Positions 47,815-60,864 of a DNA stretch of 64,000 bases are shown here, one piece after another. Source of the DNA: Macrostomum lignano (taxonomy: Eukaryota); NCBI GenBank assembly GCA_002269645.1, contig NIVC01001025.1, positions 82,052 to 146,051 of the forward strand. The letters run 5' to 3'. The number at the start of each line of letters is the position of its first letter. Positions within the stretch are counted from its first letter, which is position 1. The notes under the pieces are model-generated. The model was not told where the DNA came from and ran no database searches. It worked only from the letters and a program-made list of their open reading frames with translations. Position numbers and translations under genes: made by a program.

Positions 47815-50599
47815 TCCTAATACTAAAGTTGGTGCGATGATTGTTTGTTTGTTTGTCTGTTTGTTTGTGTGTTGCATAACTCCTCCTAGAATACTTGCAA
47901 GTCAGCGTTGAAACTTATATGGGGAAACTGCAAATTTTCCGGGGACTGCAGTGGGCTATTTCAATTTTTTATTTTCACATTTTAAGATCCCTAAAAAAGC
48001 AGAAAACTGATTTCCTAACCTTCTCTGGACACTTTTTCTGCTCGGAGCCGAAAATTTGCATGATTTTGAGCGATTGCGCCACAACTTTCTCCTATCTCTG
48101 TAGTGTATTTTCTCGCCAGTGGGGGTTGGTCGCGTTCTCAGTGGCAGCGTGTGTACAAGCGGACCCCGGCTGAAAAATTGAACTGTGTGTATTTCGTGGG
48201 GTGGTGGGTAAGTAAGCGCAATTATATGGCTATTGTGCTGAGATTCAATTGGTTTTATTATCAGCACCTTTCAATTGACTGCCCTGTGCATTGGTTAGAC
48301 AGTGAAATTCAATGAATAAACTTGCGGGCCTCTTTAGCAGGCAGTGAACGTATGAACGTACACTCAATATTGCAATGCTTATAAATCGGCAAATTTCAAA
48401 CTCAGACTGTTGCTGGATTTTTTAACTTTGAGAGGAGAGACTTATATTGCTGGAAAGAACTTGCAACGCTGAGTTCGGGGATATAAATTGTTTGCTTTAA
48501 ATATGAAAACTAAAAGCGCGGGATTCAAAAAACGATTTCCATACTTTTAACTTCCTGCAAAGATTGTAGGAAGATTTTAGTTCAGGGGTTGAGTTAAATT
48601 TAATGATTCCCCCGAAACGGGGGGGTTGGGCTTGGGCTGAGTGTACATAGCTGTTTTAAAAAGATAGAACTGTGCCGAGATTCAATTGGTTTTATTATCG
48701 GCCCTGTGTATTAGCTGGGCAGTGAATTTCAATGAATAAACTTGCGAGCTTCTCTAGCAAGCAGTCGGGAAATCGGTAAATTTCAAACGCTAACTGTTCC
48801 TCGAGTTTTAAACTTTGAGAGGAGAAACTTATATTGCTGGAAAGATCTTGCAACGCTGAGTTCGGGAATATAAGTTGTTTGCTTTAAATATGAAAAGAAA
48901 ATGCACAGCATTTGAAAAACTATTTCCATACTTTTAACTTTCTGCAAAAATTGTACTCAGTTTTGCGAGACGTAATAGATAAAGTTGGGGGAGGGTTCAA
49001 CTTCTCACTGCTGCTGTGTATTGGAGGGTTGATTTAGATTGCGCAATGTTTTTGTTAACTTTAACTGAGACTGATACTGACTGACTGTGAAATCGGTTGC
49101 GCAATGAATTGATTCAATTAGTTCAATATTTTTATCAGTGCCTTTTAACACGAAGCTGTGCGTATAGTTCTAACCCTAACCCTAACCCTAACCCTAACCA
49201 ATGAATCCGGAGAGTTGAGTTGTTTGACGGAAAAAATTCGATTGAGTCCAGTTTAGCGGAGACGATTTCAATGTTTTAATTTTGACGGAGAGAATTTCTG
49301 TTTCGTGGAGAGGATTTCGATGGTGTTCAGTTTCACGGAGAGGATTTCGATCACGTTCATCTTCACAGTGAGGATTTCTGTTTCGCGGAGATAATTTATG
49401 ATTGATTTCTGTTTTATCGAGACGATTTTGATGGATTTAAGTTTCAATGAGAGGATTTCGAAGGAGTCCAGTTTCATGGAGAGGATTTCGATGGTTTTCA
49501 TTTGAACGGACAGGATTTCTGCTTTGCGGAGAGGATTTTGATGGATTTGGCATCTTCAGTCAGTCAGAGAAGAGAGTAAAGAGAAGAATGAAAAGAGAAG
49601 AGAGATGAGATGATAGAAAACAGAGTAGAAATGAGACGAGAGATTAGACATGACAGATGGGAGAAAAGAGGGGAGTAAGGCGGGAACGAAGGAGAGAGAA
49701 GAGAAGAGGAGAGAGGAGACGAGAGGGGAGATATGAGATAGCAGAGGGAGACAAGAGAGATGATAGGAGAGAGAATAGAGATGAGGGATAAGAGCGTACA
49801 GAGGTAATAGAAAAGAGGGGAGAGTAGAGGAGAAAGAAGGAGTGAGATGAGGGATGAGAGATGAGAGAGGAGGGGAGAGAGAAGAGAGGAGAAAAGAGGG
49901 GAGAAATGAGAGATGCGATGAGAAAAGAGATGAGTGAGAACATAAGAGAGAAGAGATTAGAGATTAGAGAAGAGAGGGGAGAAGATGAAATGAGAAAGGA
50001 GAGGAGAGAAGAGAGAATGGAGAGGATAGAAAAGAGAGAAGAGAAGAGACAGGGGATAGTGGTAAGGAGGAAAGAAAGATGGGAGACAAGAAAGTAGAGT
50101 GTGAGAGCGTATATGAGATATGAGAAATGAGAAGCAGATAGGAGAGAAAAGAGAAGAGAGAGAGGGTTAAGAGAGACGATAGATAAGTAAGAAGAGATGA
50201 CATATGAGAGAGGAGAGAAGAGGGAGAGATAAGAGAGAAGAGAGGAGACAGGAGACAGAAGTGAAGAGGAGAGATATGAGAGAAGAGAGGAGACAAGAGA
50301 CAGGAGAGGGTACAAACGAAAGACGAGGGAGAAGAGATAAATAAGGGAGTAGGGGTAGAGATGAGATGAGAGAGAGGAGAGAGAAGAGAGTCACGATAAT
50401 AGCGAATAGAAGAGAGAGGAGATATGAGAGACGTGAGAGTCTTTGAGCTATGGTCTTTCAAAGATTTTGTAAAGAATTTGGAGACGATTTGGAAGATAGG
50501 GTTCAAGACATGGAATTTCAGTTGATGGATATTTCAGGGAATGGAATTCCGGTGATGGGAGTTCTTCCCCTTTCTCCTCCGAAGGAGGAGTTGGCCTCG
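47815..50599 (+). mobile_element. Helitron-like family A copy 2 (contains an AG-rich tract at ~49560-50440)
   Basis: Head TCCTAATACTAAAG abuts the previous 3' end; (TAACCC)4 at 49171-49199; perfect hairpin CTCCTCC-GAA-GGAGGAG at 50574-50590, then TTGGCCTCG. Confidence 0.75.
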
Positions 50600-52129
50600 T
50601 TAATACTAAAAGTGGTGCGTTGTTTGTTTGTGTGTTGCAATTTTTCTCCTAGACTACTGGCAAGTCAGCGTTGAAACTTATATGGGAAAACTGCAAATTT
50701 TCCGGATTGGGTTTATAGCTATTTTAATCTTTCATTTTTACATTTTAAGATCCCTAGAAAAGCAGAAAACTGTTTTTTTAACCCTCAATAACCTTCTTTG
50801 GCCACTCTGCCTGGGGCTGCAGCCAGTTTGTAAAAATAGCCACCCCAACCTCCGCCCGCGGGCCGCTGTGTATTGAGGGGTGGTGGGTGCGCGTGTTCCG
50901 CGTTCAATGCAAATAACCCCCCGCGTGTTGGGGGTTCAATTAAATTTAACGATTCCCCCGGAATGGGAGGGGGTTGGGCTTGGGCTGAGTGTACATAGCA
51001 GTTGTACAGTGTAAGGAGATAGCTAGGACTGTGTCGAGATTTAATTGGTTTTATTATCGGCGGCATTCAATAGGCAGCCATGTGTATTTGCTGGACAGTA
51101 AAATTTAATGAATAAACTTGCGAGCCTCTTTAGCAGGCTGTGAACGTACACTCGATACTTTAATGCTTTAAATCAGGAAATTTCAAGCGCTAACTGTTCC
51201 TCGAGTTTTAAACTTTCAGAAGAGAGACTTATATTACTGGAAAGATCTTGCAATACTGAGTTCGGGGATATAAGTTGTTTGCTTTAAATGTGAAAACAAA
51301 AAGCACAGCATTTAAAAAACGATTTCCATACTTTTAACTTTCGGCAGTGTACTCATTTTGGAGTTCAATGGGGGTTCGACCAACCCCCAAAAGTTGGTGG
51401 GAGGGGGGGTTCAACTTTTAATTGCCACTGCGTATTGGAAGGGGGTCAGTCGCTGTGTATTGGAGGGTTGATTTAGTTTGCGCAATCTTTTTGTTAACTT
51501 TTACCGAGACTGATACTGACTGACTGTGAAATCGGTTGCGCATTCAATTAATTCAATTGGTTCAACACGCTGCTGCGTTGTAGCTCTAACCCTAACCCTA
51601 ACCCTAACCCTAACCACTAAATCCTGAGAGTTGATTCTTTTTTACGGAGAAAATTTCGATTCAGTCCAGTTTAATGGAGAGAATTTCTGTTTCGCGGAGA
51701 CGATTTTGATGGATGTCAGTTTCACGGAGAGGATTTCCATGGAGTCCAGTTTCACGGAGAGGATTTCTGTTTCTCGGAGGGGATTTTGATGAATGTCAGT
51801 TTCACGGAGAGGATTTCCATGGAGTCCAGTTTCACGGAGAGGATTTCTGTTTCTCGGAGGGGATTTTGATGAATGTCAGTTTCACGGAGAGGATTTCCAT
51901 GGAGTCCAGTTTCACGGAGAGGATTTCTATTTCTCGGAGGGGATTTTGATGAATGTCAGTTTCACGGAGAGGTGTTTGATGGAGTTCTCTTTTACGGAGA
52001 AGATTTCGATGATGTTCAGTTTCGCGGAGAGAAGTTGGATGATGGGATTCAGGGAATGGCATTTCAGGGAATGGAGTACCGGTGATGGGAATTCTTCCCC
52101 TTTCTCCTCCAGAGGAGGAGTTGGCCTCG
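50600..52129 (+). mobile_element. Helitron-like family A copy 3
   Basis: Head TTAATACTAAAAGTGGTGCG; (TAACCC)4 at 51587-51615; hairpin CTCCTCC-AGA-GGAGGAG at 52104-52120, then TTGGCCTCG. Confidence 0.75.
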
Positions 52130-52663
52130 TCCATATACTAAAAATGGTCTGTCGGTATATGTGTGTGTGATTGATTTTAGCAAAAATAGCTCAACCGATT
52201 TTGTTCAAACTTGCACCATTCGATCAGAAATTTTTCTGTGACAGTACATGCATCGTGGCTAAGAAATTGCTCGATGCTAAAGGGATTAAATATTCGAAAA
52301 ACATGCTTTTTTGCAAAGGTCAAGCAGCTATTTCAACTTGAAACGCACTGTAAAAATGCTAGAGAAAAAACTGACTGGTTGAATTCTGATTCTGAAATAG
52401 ATTGCATCACAATACACTTTATTTATCGTCTGTGTACTGGCTGAATTTGACACTCAATTGAATTGCGCCACAGCTTTGAGTGTGAAAGTATAGTGCAGTA
52501 CTGAATTTATATTACGTAACCATATTGTTAGCTTTCATAGACACTGGTACTGACTTGCCTAAGAAATTGATTATGTCATAACTGCTTCGCGTGACTTTTT
52601 ACTCTACCTGACTTGGTGTGAGTGTTGAATTATATAAGTGGTACAAATTCACTGATAACTTCG

Positions 52664-52775
52664 ATGAGAGCTAGCCTAGAGCTGAGCAGACCAGACTGCT
52701 AATGCAGCAACCTGGGTTCGAATCTAAGTAGTTTAAAAGTAGTAGTGTAAATTTTTTTATTAAAAGCTTTTATTA
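52664..52775 (+). other. tRNA-derived, SINE-head-like sequence, copy 1 (copy 2 at ~53628-53725)
   Basis: A-box-like TAGCCTAGAG, GACTGCTAAT (Ser-GCT anticodon-loop-like), B-box GGTTCGAAT, then a T-run. The stems do not pair, so this is not an intact tRNA. Confidence 0.5.
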
Positions 52776-52794
52776 AAGGACTAAATAAAAACAC

Positions 52795-53365
52795 TTAGAT
52801 TACTGCACTCGATAAGCTAAGGATTATTGCTCTTGGCAAACCAAGGAATACTGCACTCGATAAGCCAAGGATTATTGCTATTAATAAACCAAGGATTACT
52901 GCACTCAATAAACCAAGGACTATTGCTCTTGGCAAACCAAGGATTACTGCACTCGATAAGCCAAGGACTATTGCTCTTGGCAAACCAAGGATTACTGCAC
53001 TTGATAAGCCATGGATTATTGCTATTAATAAACCAAGGATTACTGCACTCGATAAGCCAAGGATTATTGCTATTAATAAACCAAGGATTACTGCACTCGA
53101 TAAACCAAGGATTATTGCTATTAATAAACCAAGGATTACTGCACTCGATAAGCCAAGGATTATTGCTATTAATAAACCAAGGATTACTGCACTCGATAAA
53201 CCAAGGATTACTGCACTCATAAGCCATGGATTATTGCTATTAATAAACCAAGGATTACTTACTGCACTTGGCAAACCAAGAATTACTGCACTCGATAAGC
53301 CATGGATTATTGCTATTAATAAACCAAGGATTACTGCACTCGATAGCCAAGGATTACTGCGCTTG
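52795..53365. repeat. 24+24-bp (48-bp) higher-order satellite
   Basis: Alternating AACCAAGGATTACTGCACTCGATA and AGCCAAGGATTATTGCTATTAATA units. Confidence 0.92.
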
Positions 53366-53747
53366 ATAAGCTTGGCTACATGTATAGGATTATTTCTATT
53401 CAGGGATGCTTGCTATTTAGGGATTCTTGCTATGTGCAGGATGCTTGCTATCTGGAAGGATGCTTCTACATTATTTGGGGTATGCTTGCTATCTGCAAGA
53501 TGCTTGCTATCTGCAGATGCTTGCTATCTGGGTGGATGCTTGCTAGGAGTATTAGGGGATGCTTGCTACTGGGGGGATGCTTGCTGTCTTGGGAATATTT
53601 TCTATTTAGGGGTAATGACTAAAATTCATGAGAGCTAGCCTAGAGGTAAACAGACTAAACTGCTAAATGCAGGGACGATGGTTCGAATTTTTAGAGAGTA
53701 GAGTTTTTTTAATTAAAGCTTTTTAACGCCAAGACAAAAAAAATTAT

Positions 53748-54475
53748 GGAAGCGTCATGTAAACAATCATACAAGCGTCATGTAAACAATCATAGAAGCG
53801 TCATGTAAAAATCATAGAAGCGTCATGTAAAAATCATAGAAGCGTCATGTAAAAATCATAGAAGCGTCATGAAAAAATCATAGAAGCGTCATGTAAAAAT
53901 CATAGAAGCGTCATGTAAAAATCATAGAAGCGTCATGAAAAAATCATAGAAGCGTCATGTAAAAATCATAGAAGCATCATGTAAAAATCATAGAAGTGTC
54001 ATGTAAAAAATCATAGAAGCGTCATGTAAAAATCATAGAAGCGTCATGTAAAAATCATAGAAGCGTCATGAAAAAATCATAGAAGCGTCATGTAAAAATC
54101 ATAGAAGCATCATGTAAAAATCATAGAAGTGTCATGTAAAAAATCATAGAAGCGTCATGTAAACAATCATACAAGCGTCATGTAAAAAATCATAGAAGCG
54201 TCATGTAAAAATCATAGAAGCGTCATGTAAACAATCATAGAAGCGTCATGTAAAAATCATAGAAGCGTCATGTAAAAATCATAGAAGCGTCATGTAAAAA
54301 TCATAGAAGCGTCATGTAAAAAATCATAGAAGCGTCATGTAAACAATCATACAAGCGTCATGTAAACAATCATAGAAGCGTCATGTAAACAATCATAAAA
54401 GCGTCATGTAAACAAGCATAGAAGTGTCATGTTAACATAGAAGCGTCATGAAAAAATCATAGAAGCCTCATATAA
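53748..54475. repeat. 22-bp minisatellite (CATAGAAGCGTCATGTAAAAAT)
   Basis: Read directly. Confidence 0.95.
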
Positions 54476-54589
54476 AAACTAATGAAAGTGTGTCATTTAA
54501 AAAATTAAGAAGCATCATGGAAGAATAAAAGAAGCGTCATGTCAGACATGAAACAAGTGTCATAAAAATTAAATGAAGCTATAGTGCTG

Positions 54590-55540
54590 TGCTGGGGAGA
54601 ATCACTGAGACGTCAAGGCTCACAGAGAATAACTGAGATTACAGGGGGGTTTCTGAGATGTTAAAGCAAAAGTCAGAAGCTACTTCAAAGTACATGTACT
54701 TTACTTAAGTTTTTTTATTGCATTCTTTGTTGGCTTGCCACGGTGGGGGGGGGGCGCTGATAGAAGAAGAGTCATGTAAAAATAAAAGGAGCACTATGTA
54801 TACATAAAATAAAGGTCATGTCAAAGTTAAAAGATTCATTTGGGAATTGCTACGATGTCAAAGCTTGGAGGGAATCGTTATAGTGCTGTGATTCTTAAAG
54901 AAGGAATCACTTAAATGCCAAGGCTTAGGGAAGAAGAATTGCTGTGATTTCAAGGCTTTAGGTTGGGTGAAAGTTAGGTTTACGTCAGGTTTGGGTTGAG
55001 GGTTAGATTTTAGCGCGTTTCAAGGTTAACAGGGGATTTTTTAGATTTCAAGGTTTATGGGGGCATCGCTGACATGTCAAGGCTTACGAGGGGAATCTAT
55101 CTATCTATCTATCTATAGCTGAGATGTCAAGGCTCACGGGGGAATAAATGAGATGTCAAGGCTAATGTCAGAAGCTACATGTAGTTTATTGGAAAAAAAG
55201 TTATTACATTATTTGTTGGCTCCTCACGGGAGGGATCGCTGATAGAAAAAGCGTAATGTAAAAAAAATAAGCTTCATGTCGAAGTTAAGAGATTCATTTG
55301 GGAATCCCTACGATGTCGAGGCTTGCAGGGAATTGCTATAATGCTGTAGTAGTGCTATAGACTCTTAGAGAGAATTACTGAAATTTCAATGCTTTAGGGT
55401 TAGGGTTAGGGTTAGGGTTAGAAAGTAGACAGATTTTTTAAGATTTCAAGGCTTATGGGAGCATCGCTGAGATGTCAAGGGGGGAGTTGATATGTTAAGG
55501 CTTGTGGGGGGAGGATTGCTGACATGTCAAGGCTTACAAG
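54590..55540. repeat. Two diverged ~500-bp tandem modules with GAGATGTCAAGGCT subrepeats; (TTAGGG)4 at 55394-55421
   Basis: GTCAGAAGCTAC..TTTGTTGGCT..CGCTGATAGAA..AAGTTAA.AGATTCATTTGGGAAT recurs at ~54671 and ~55167; the first module has a decayed TTAGG/TTGGG tract near 54960-55010. Confidence 0.75.
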
Positions 55541-56710
55541 GGTACTGGTAGCATACTGAAGCATACTGGTAGAAGTAGCTCTGAAAGAAGACAAGTATGG
55601 TTGAATTTCAATGTCTGTTATAAAATTCTGCACAAACATGTTTTATTGGTACATAAGCCTGGAATTAAAATGAGAATTCGATTCCTAGCCCCCCTCCCTA
55701 AGAATTTTTTTTCATTTTAAAGGATTTGTCCCTTGCTTATTGGCCACCCCGAAGGGGGGCGCTAGATTGCTAGTCAGCTACTGAAAGTAGAAATATCTGA
55801 ATTTGACTATAGAAATGTCTGCGTAAGCCATAATTAATAGATGATGTACAAATTATGCAATTGTTGCGTCGAGACATTTGCGCCGACGTGCAATAACATA
55901 AAACGCTTAGCAGCCTACTTACTAGCAGAGGTAGTAGAGTAGACTGCATGTTAACATGCGATGTTATTGAAGCGGGCTGAGTTGGAATCTCGGCTTGGGC
56001 ACAGAGATACTACTCGTAGGATAACTAGACGGGCCAACTCAGCACATTTGCGTGTAAGCTACTTTCAGTTCAGTAGTAAGTTAAACAGAAGAATTTTAAT
56101 TTAATTTTAAAGACAAGGCTCATTTATTGGCTCTTAAGGCTCAGTCACACTGCCATCAAATAAGGCCAATTTTGGTGTCATCTCACAACTTGTACATCAA
56201 ATTTGATTCCTTTGTACATACATTGGTCGTGTGATTTGATGCCATGTCTACCTAAGCTTAAACCTCTACCCCTGCCCTAGCTGTGTCGACCAATTTTTAT
56301 TGGCAGAACCACGTTTTTTATGTCTGCAAGCTTATCAGTCATTTCGGCTGGCTTTAATTTTTGTAAAATAGCTTATGTATTCTTCCTTACTACTGAACTG
56401 ACAGTAGAAAGCTGTTTTACTAAGTGTATATATGCCTAAGGCCTATCTAGTTATTTTAGTATCTGTGGCCTTGGCTCTGATCGCACAATTAACGCCTCTG
56501 AGGGACAACCTTTGGCGCCTGTGCGTATGACTGTGTACCTTCGCGCCTGCGCAGGCGGAATGGGCAATGTCGCTTAAAGTGCGCCACGGCGCACACAGCC
56601 CCCTGCCTCTAATAAAAAGATGACAAAAGCAATTAGCACTACTTATTTAATGTGGGCATCTGATAGGAGCATTTTCACAATTTAATTAATCAGCTGTTAC
56701 GCCATTGCAG

Positions 56711-56790
56711 ACCGAACCGTGATCATACTGAAGTCAGCGGCGGATAAACCAGTCCGGTTGCCAGGCTATCAGCTCTACCTGAGGAAGTGA
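56711..56790 (+). CDS. PKDCC: PKDCC/VLK-like kinase, last exon (NRTVIILKSAADKPVRLPGYQLYLRK*)
   Basis: Acceptor GCCATTGCAG|, phase 1 fits, TGA at 56788-56790; aligns with the VLK C-terminus GRQLVFFKTG..TTYVK. Confidence 0.75.
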
Positions 56791-58299
56791 CCAACAACAT
56801 GTCGTATATAGGCTAATTAAAAGCCTTAACAGATGTTCGATTGGCAATCACTCTAGAATCTCTCTATACACAGTTCTTAGTATAAAGCAATCGTGTAAAC
56901 ACACTGTCATAAGGTATAAGTACATGTAGATGCGACCCAAGACTTTACTATGGAACAGGTAGGACACACATAACTCCCCACCCAGGCATTTATCCGCTGT
57001 GATGCTTGTACAGCGCACTAATTATGTTTATTAAAGAATATTTATTGCCAGACAGACGGTCTCAGTAACCTGAGGCTGGTTCGGGCCAGACTGATTGAAT
57101 TATTGAAAATCATAAGCTACATACCTATTGTGCAATGCTTGCGGTTGTCACTATAACATTTTATTATCATTTCTTATTACATGATGCAATTCCTACTTAT
57201 GTATATACAAAATTATATGCACGTGATTTTGCACATTTGATTTTGTACTACTTAATATTTAATGCAAGTGAATTGGCACCAATTTACACACACGCACATA
57301 GTTCTATCAGCTGTCGACTAATGTATAAATATAAAAATGAATCAATGAAATATAATTTGTCTGTCTCTGACAATTAATATCTTTTCGCAAGCTTCAGAAG
57401 CAAATTATCAATGCAATTAAATTATAAGGAATCCATGTATTTATCAGGTACTTATTACAATAATTTAATAAGGATTTTACAATGAACTGATGACTACACA
57501 GAAACAATTGATTCAATTCCAGTAGAATGAGAGGAGATACAGATCCAACGCGGGAATATATAACGCGGTAATCTCTGAATTAGCGCAAATCACAGAACAC
57601 ACAAACTATATATAGTACTCTTAGCTATACAACACGATATTTTAGAGACATCTGAATGCGCATAATAAGCTTAGAAATCTGATTAAAGCTTGAAAGATTG
57701 CTTGTGACCACAGGGAAATTTTCAGATATTTATTCTAATTATTTCGTAGTCACTCTGTCATAACATCGGAAGCTCCTTTAACACCAGTCTGATCCTGAAA
57801 TAAACCATGCAGCCGAATCTTAAGAAGTACTTCTATGGAAAGGTTGGGACAAATTAAAAATAAACAAAGGAGACACATTTGCGCTACAACATAACTAATA
57901 TAAACACAAATAAACTCGCTCACAGATAATAAGTACACAAAGCACAAAGCACACAGAGAATAAATATACACATACTACTCAATAGCGCGAATAATATAGT
58001 AGTACCAAAGTGCGAGCATGGTAAAACGTAATTTTTTCGATAAATAAAAAAACTGATATAAAGCATGGCTTTTAGAGGCGCAAAATGCGAATTTATGCGT
58101 TGTTCGCTAATAGAATGCAATAGCTAATGCTCATAGTTATTGTTAAACTGCATTTATATATCCGAAAATTACCGCACAAGTATTTAAGATACAGGGCGTA
58201 GAATACAAATAATAAGAAAAAAAATTAATTTTCAATGCGAGCGCACAAAATATTTTAGGATCAAAGCCAGCTCAAATGAAATACCTGTGTTGTAAAATA

Positions 58300-58885
58300 T
58301 ACCTGCATCATTCATTGGGAAACCTGCATCATTCATTGGGAAACCTGCATCATAGATTGGGAAACCTGCATCATTCATTGGGAAACCTGCATCATAGATT
58401 GGGAAACCTGCATCATTCATTGGGAAACCTGCATCATTCATTGGGAAACCTGCATCATTCATTGGGAAACCTGCATCATTCATTGGGAAATCTGCATCAT
58501 AGATTGGGAAACCTGCATCATTCATTGGGAAACCTGCATCATAGATTGGGAAACCTGCATCATTCATTGGGAAACCTGCATCATTCATTGGGAAACCTGC
58601 ATCATAGATTGGGAAACCTGCATCATTCATTGGGAAACCTGCATCATTCATTGGGAAACCTGCATCATTCATTGGGAAACCTGCATCATTCATTGGGAAA
58701 CCTGCATCATTCATTGGGAAACCTGCATCATAGATTGGGAAACCTGCATCATTCATTGGGAAACCTGCATCATAGATTGGGAAACCTGCATAATTTATTG
58801 GGAAACCTGCATCATTCATTGGGAAACCTGCATCATTCATTGGAAAACCTGCATCATAGATTGGAAAACCTGCATCATAGATTGG
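58300..58885. repeat. 21-bp minisatellite (ATTGGGAAACCTGCATCATTC)
   Basis: Read directly; explains both 240-aa ORFs. Confidence 0.95.
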
Positions 58886-59257
58886 GACATAGAAACACAC
58901 TGATAGTCGCAAAGACAACATCACATATTCGTTGTAATGTGCACAGAGATCCATTAACAGTTAAACATTTGATATATAAAGTAAAAATACGTGGCTGACC
59001 ACTTAAAGACAATACTACTGTATTTAGTGATGATGAGTGTAAAAACAACACAGTAAACACCGAAAATAAAACTGGCCTCGTAAAATGAGGGCGCGAATTG
59101 ATGCTCGAACTAAAAAGTAGATGGGATTCTTTCAACATAAACTGTTTGTTCTCTACAAAATGGCAAAAAATTATAAATCGGCATTTACTAATCCATTACT
59201 GGCTGTGAAATTCTATTCTTAAGAAAAAATAATATGGATCTTGGGGTGCTGGCAGAC

Positions 59258-60170
59258 AAGCAACTGAGGATCTGGGAGGCTGGCCTAGCAACTGAGGATC
59301 TGGGAGGCTGACCTAGCAACTGAGAATCTGGGAGGCTGACCTAGCAACTGAGGATCTGGGAGGCTGGTGGCTCCGCAACTGAGGATCTGGGAGGCTGGTG
59401 GCTCCGCAACTGAGGATCTGGGAGGCTGGCCTAGCAACTGAGGATCTGGGAGGCTGTGGCCCGGCAACTGAGGATCTGGGAGGCTGGCCTAGCAACTGAG
59501 GATCTGGGAGGCTGTGGCCCGGCAACTGAGGATCTGGGAGGCTGGCCTAGCAACTGAGGATCTGGGAGGCTGACCTAGCAACTGAGGATCTGGGAGGCTG
59601 ACCTAGCAACTGAGGATCTGGGAGGCTGGTGGCTCCGCAACTGAGGATCTAGGAGGCTGGTGGCTCCGCAACTGAGGATCTGGGAGGCTGGCCTAGCAAC
59701 TGAGGATCTGGGAGGCTGTGGCCCGGCAACTGAGGATCTGGGAGGCTGGCCTAGCAACTGAGGATCTGGGAGGCTGGCCTAGCAACTGAGGATCTGGGAG
59801 GCTGGCCTAGCAACTGAGGATCTGGGAGGCTGGCCTAGCAACTGAGGATCTGGGAGGCTGGTGGCTCCGCAACTGAGGATCTGGGAGGCTGGTGGCTCCG
59901 CAACTGAGGATCTGGGAGGCTGGTGGCTCCGCAACTGAGGATCTGGGAGGCTGGCCCAACAACTAAAGATCTGGAGGGCTGGCCCAGCAACTAAAGATCT
60001 GGGAGGCTGGCCCAACGATTTAAGATCTGGAGGGCTGGCCCTGCAACTGAGGATCTGGGAGGGTGACTCAGCAACTGAGGATCTAAGAGGGTGACCCAGC
60101 AACTCAGGATCTGGAAGGCTGGCCCAGCAACTGAGGATCTGGGAGGCTGGCCCAGCAACTTAGGATGTGG
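59258..60170. repeat. 28/31-bp minisatellite (GCAACTGAGGATCTGGGAGGCTGGCCTA)
   Basis: Read directly. Confidence 0.95.
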
Positions 60171-60328
60171 GTGAGCGACAGGTCATAATACACCGTTAGG
60201 TACAAAGAATCACAGCAAATGCCCAAACAGGCCATAAAAGCTTAGAAAAAACGCTAATAAAGTTCAAGTAGAAGCAACTGCAGAAAGCGAAGAAACGCAG
60301 GAAAGGTTAGGAAATCTGAGGAAATCAT

Positions 60329-60787
<459 letters not shown>

Positions 60788-60864
60788 TTAAATTGGCGAT
60801 TGAGAATATGGCCTAATTAACACCCGATCGGTGCACTCTTTGATCTTTATTTTTACTCTTGATA

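Larger units (their letters stand above)
52130..55773 (+). mobile_element. Helitron-like family B element loaded with satellites
   Basis: Head TCCATATACTAAAAAT..GTGTGTG..CTCAACCGATTTTGTTCAAACTTG; 3' hairpin GCCACCCC-GAA-GGGGGGC at 55743-55760 and CTAG|T at 55770-55774. That both ends belong to one element is inferred. Confidence 0.6.

Noticed and set aside
52664-52735. Intact tRNA-Ser(GCT) gene
   Set aside because: Acceptor and anticodon stems do not pair and the long variable arm is missing; kept only as tRNA-derived.
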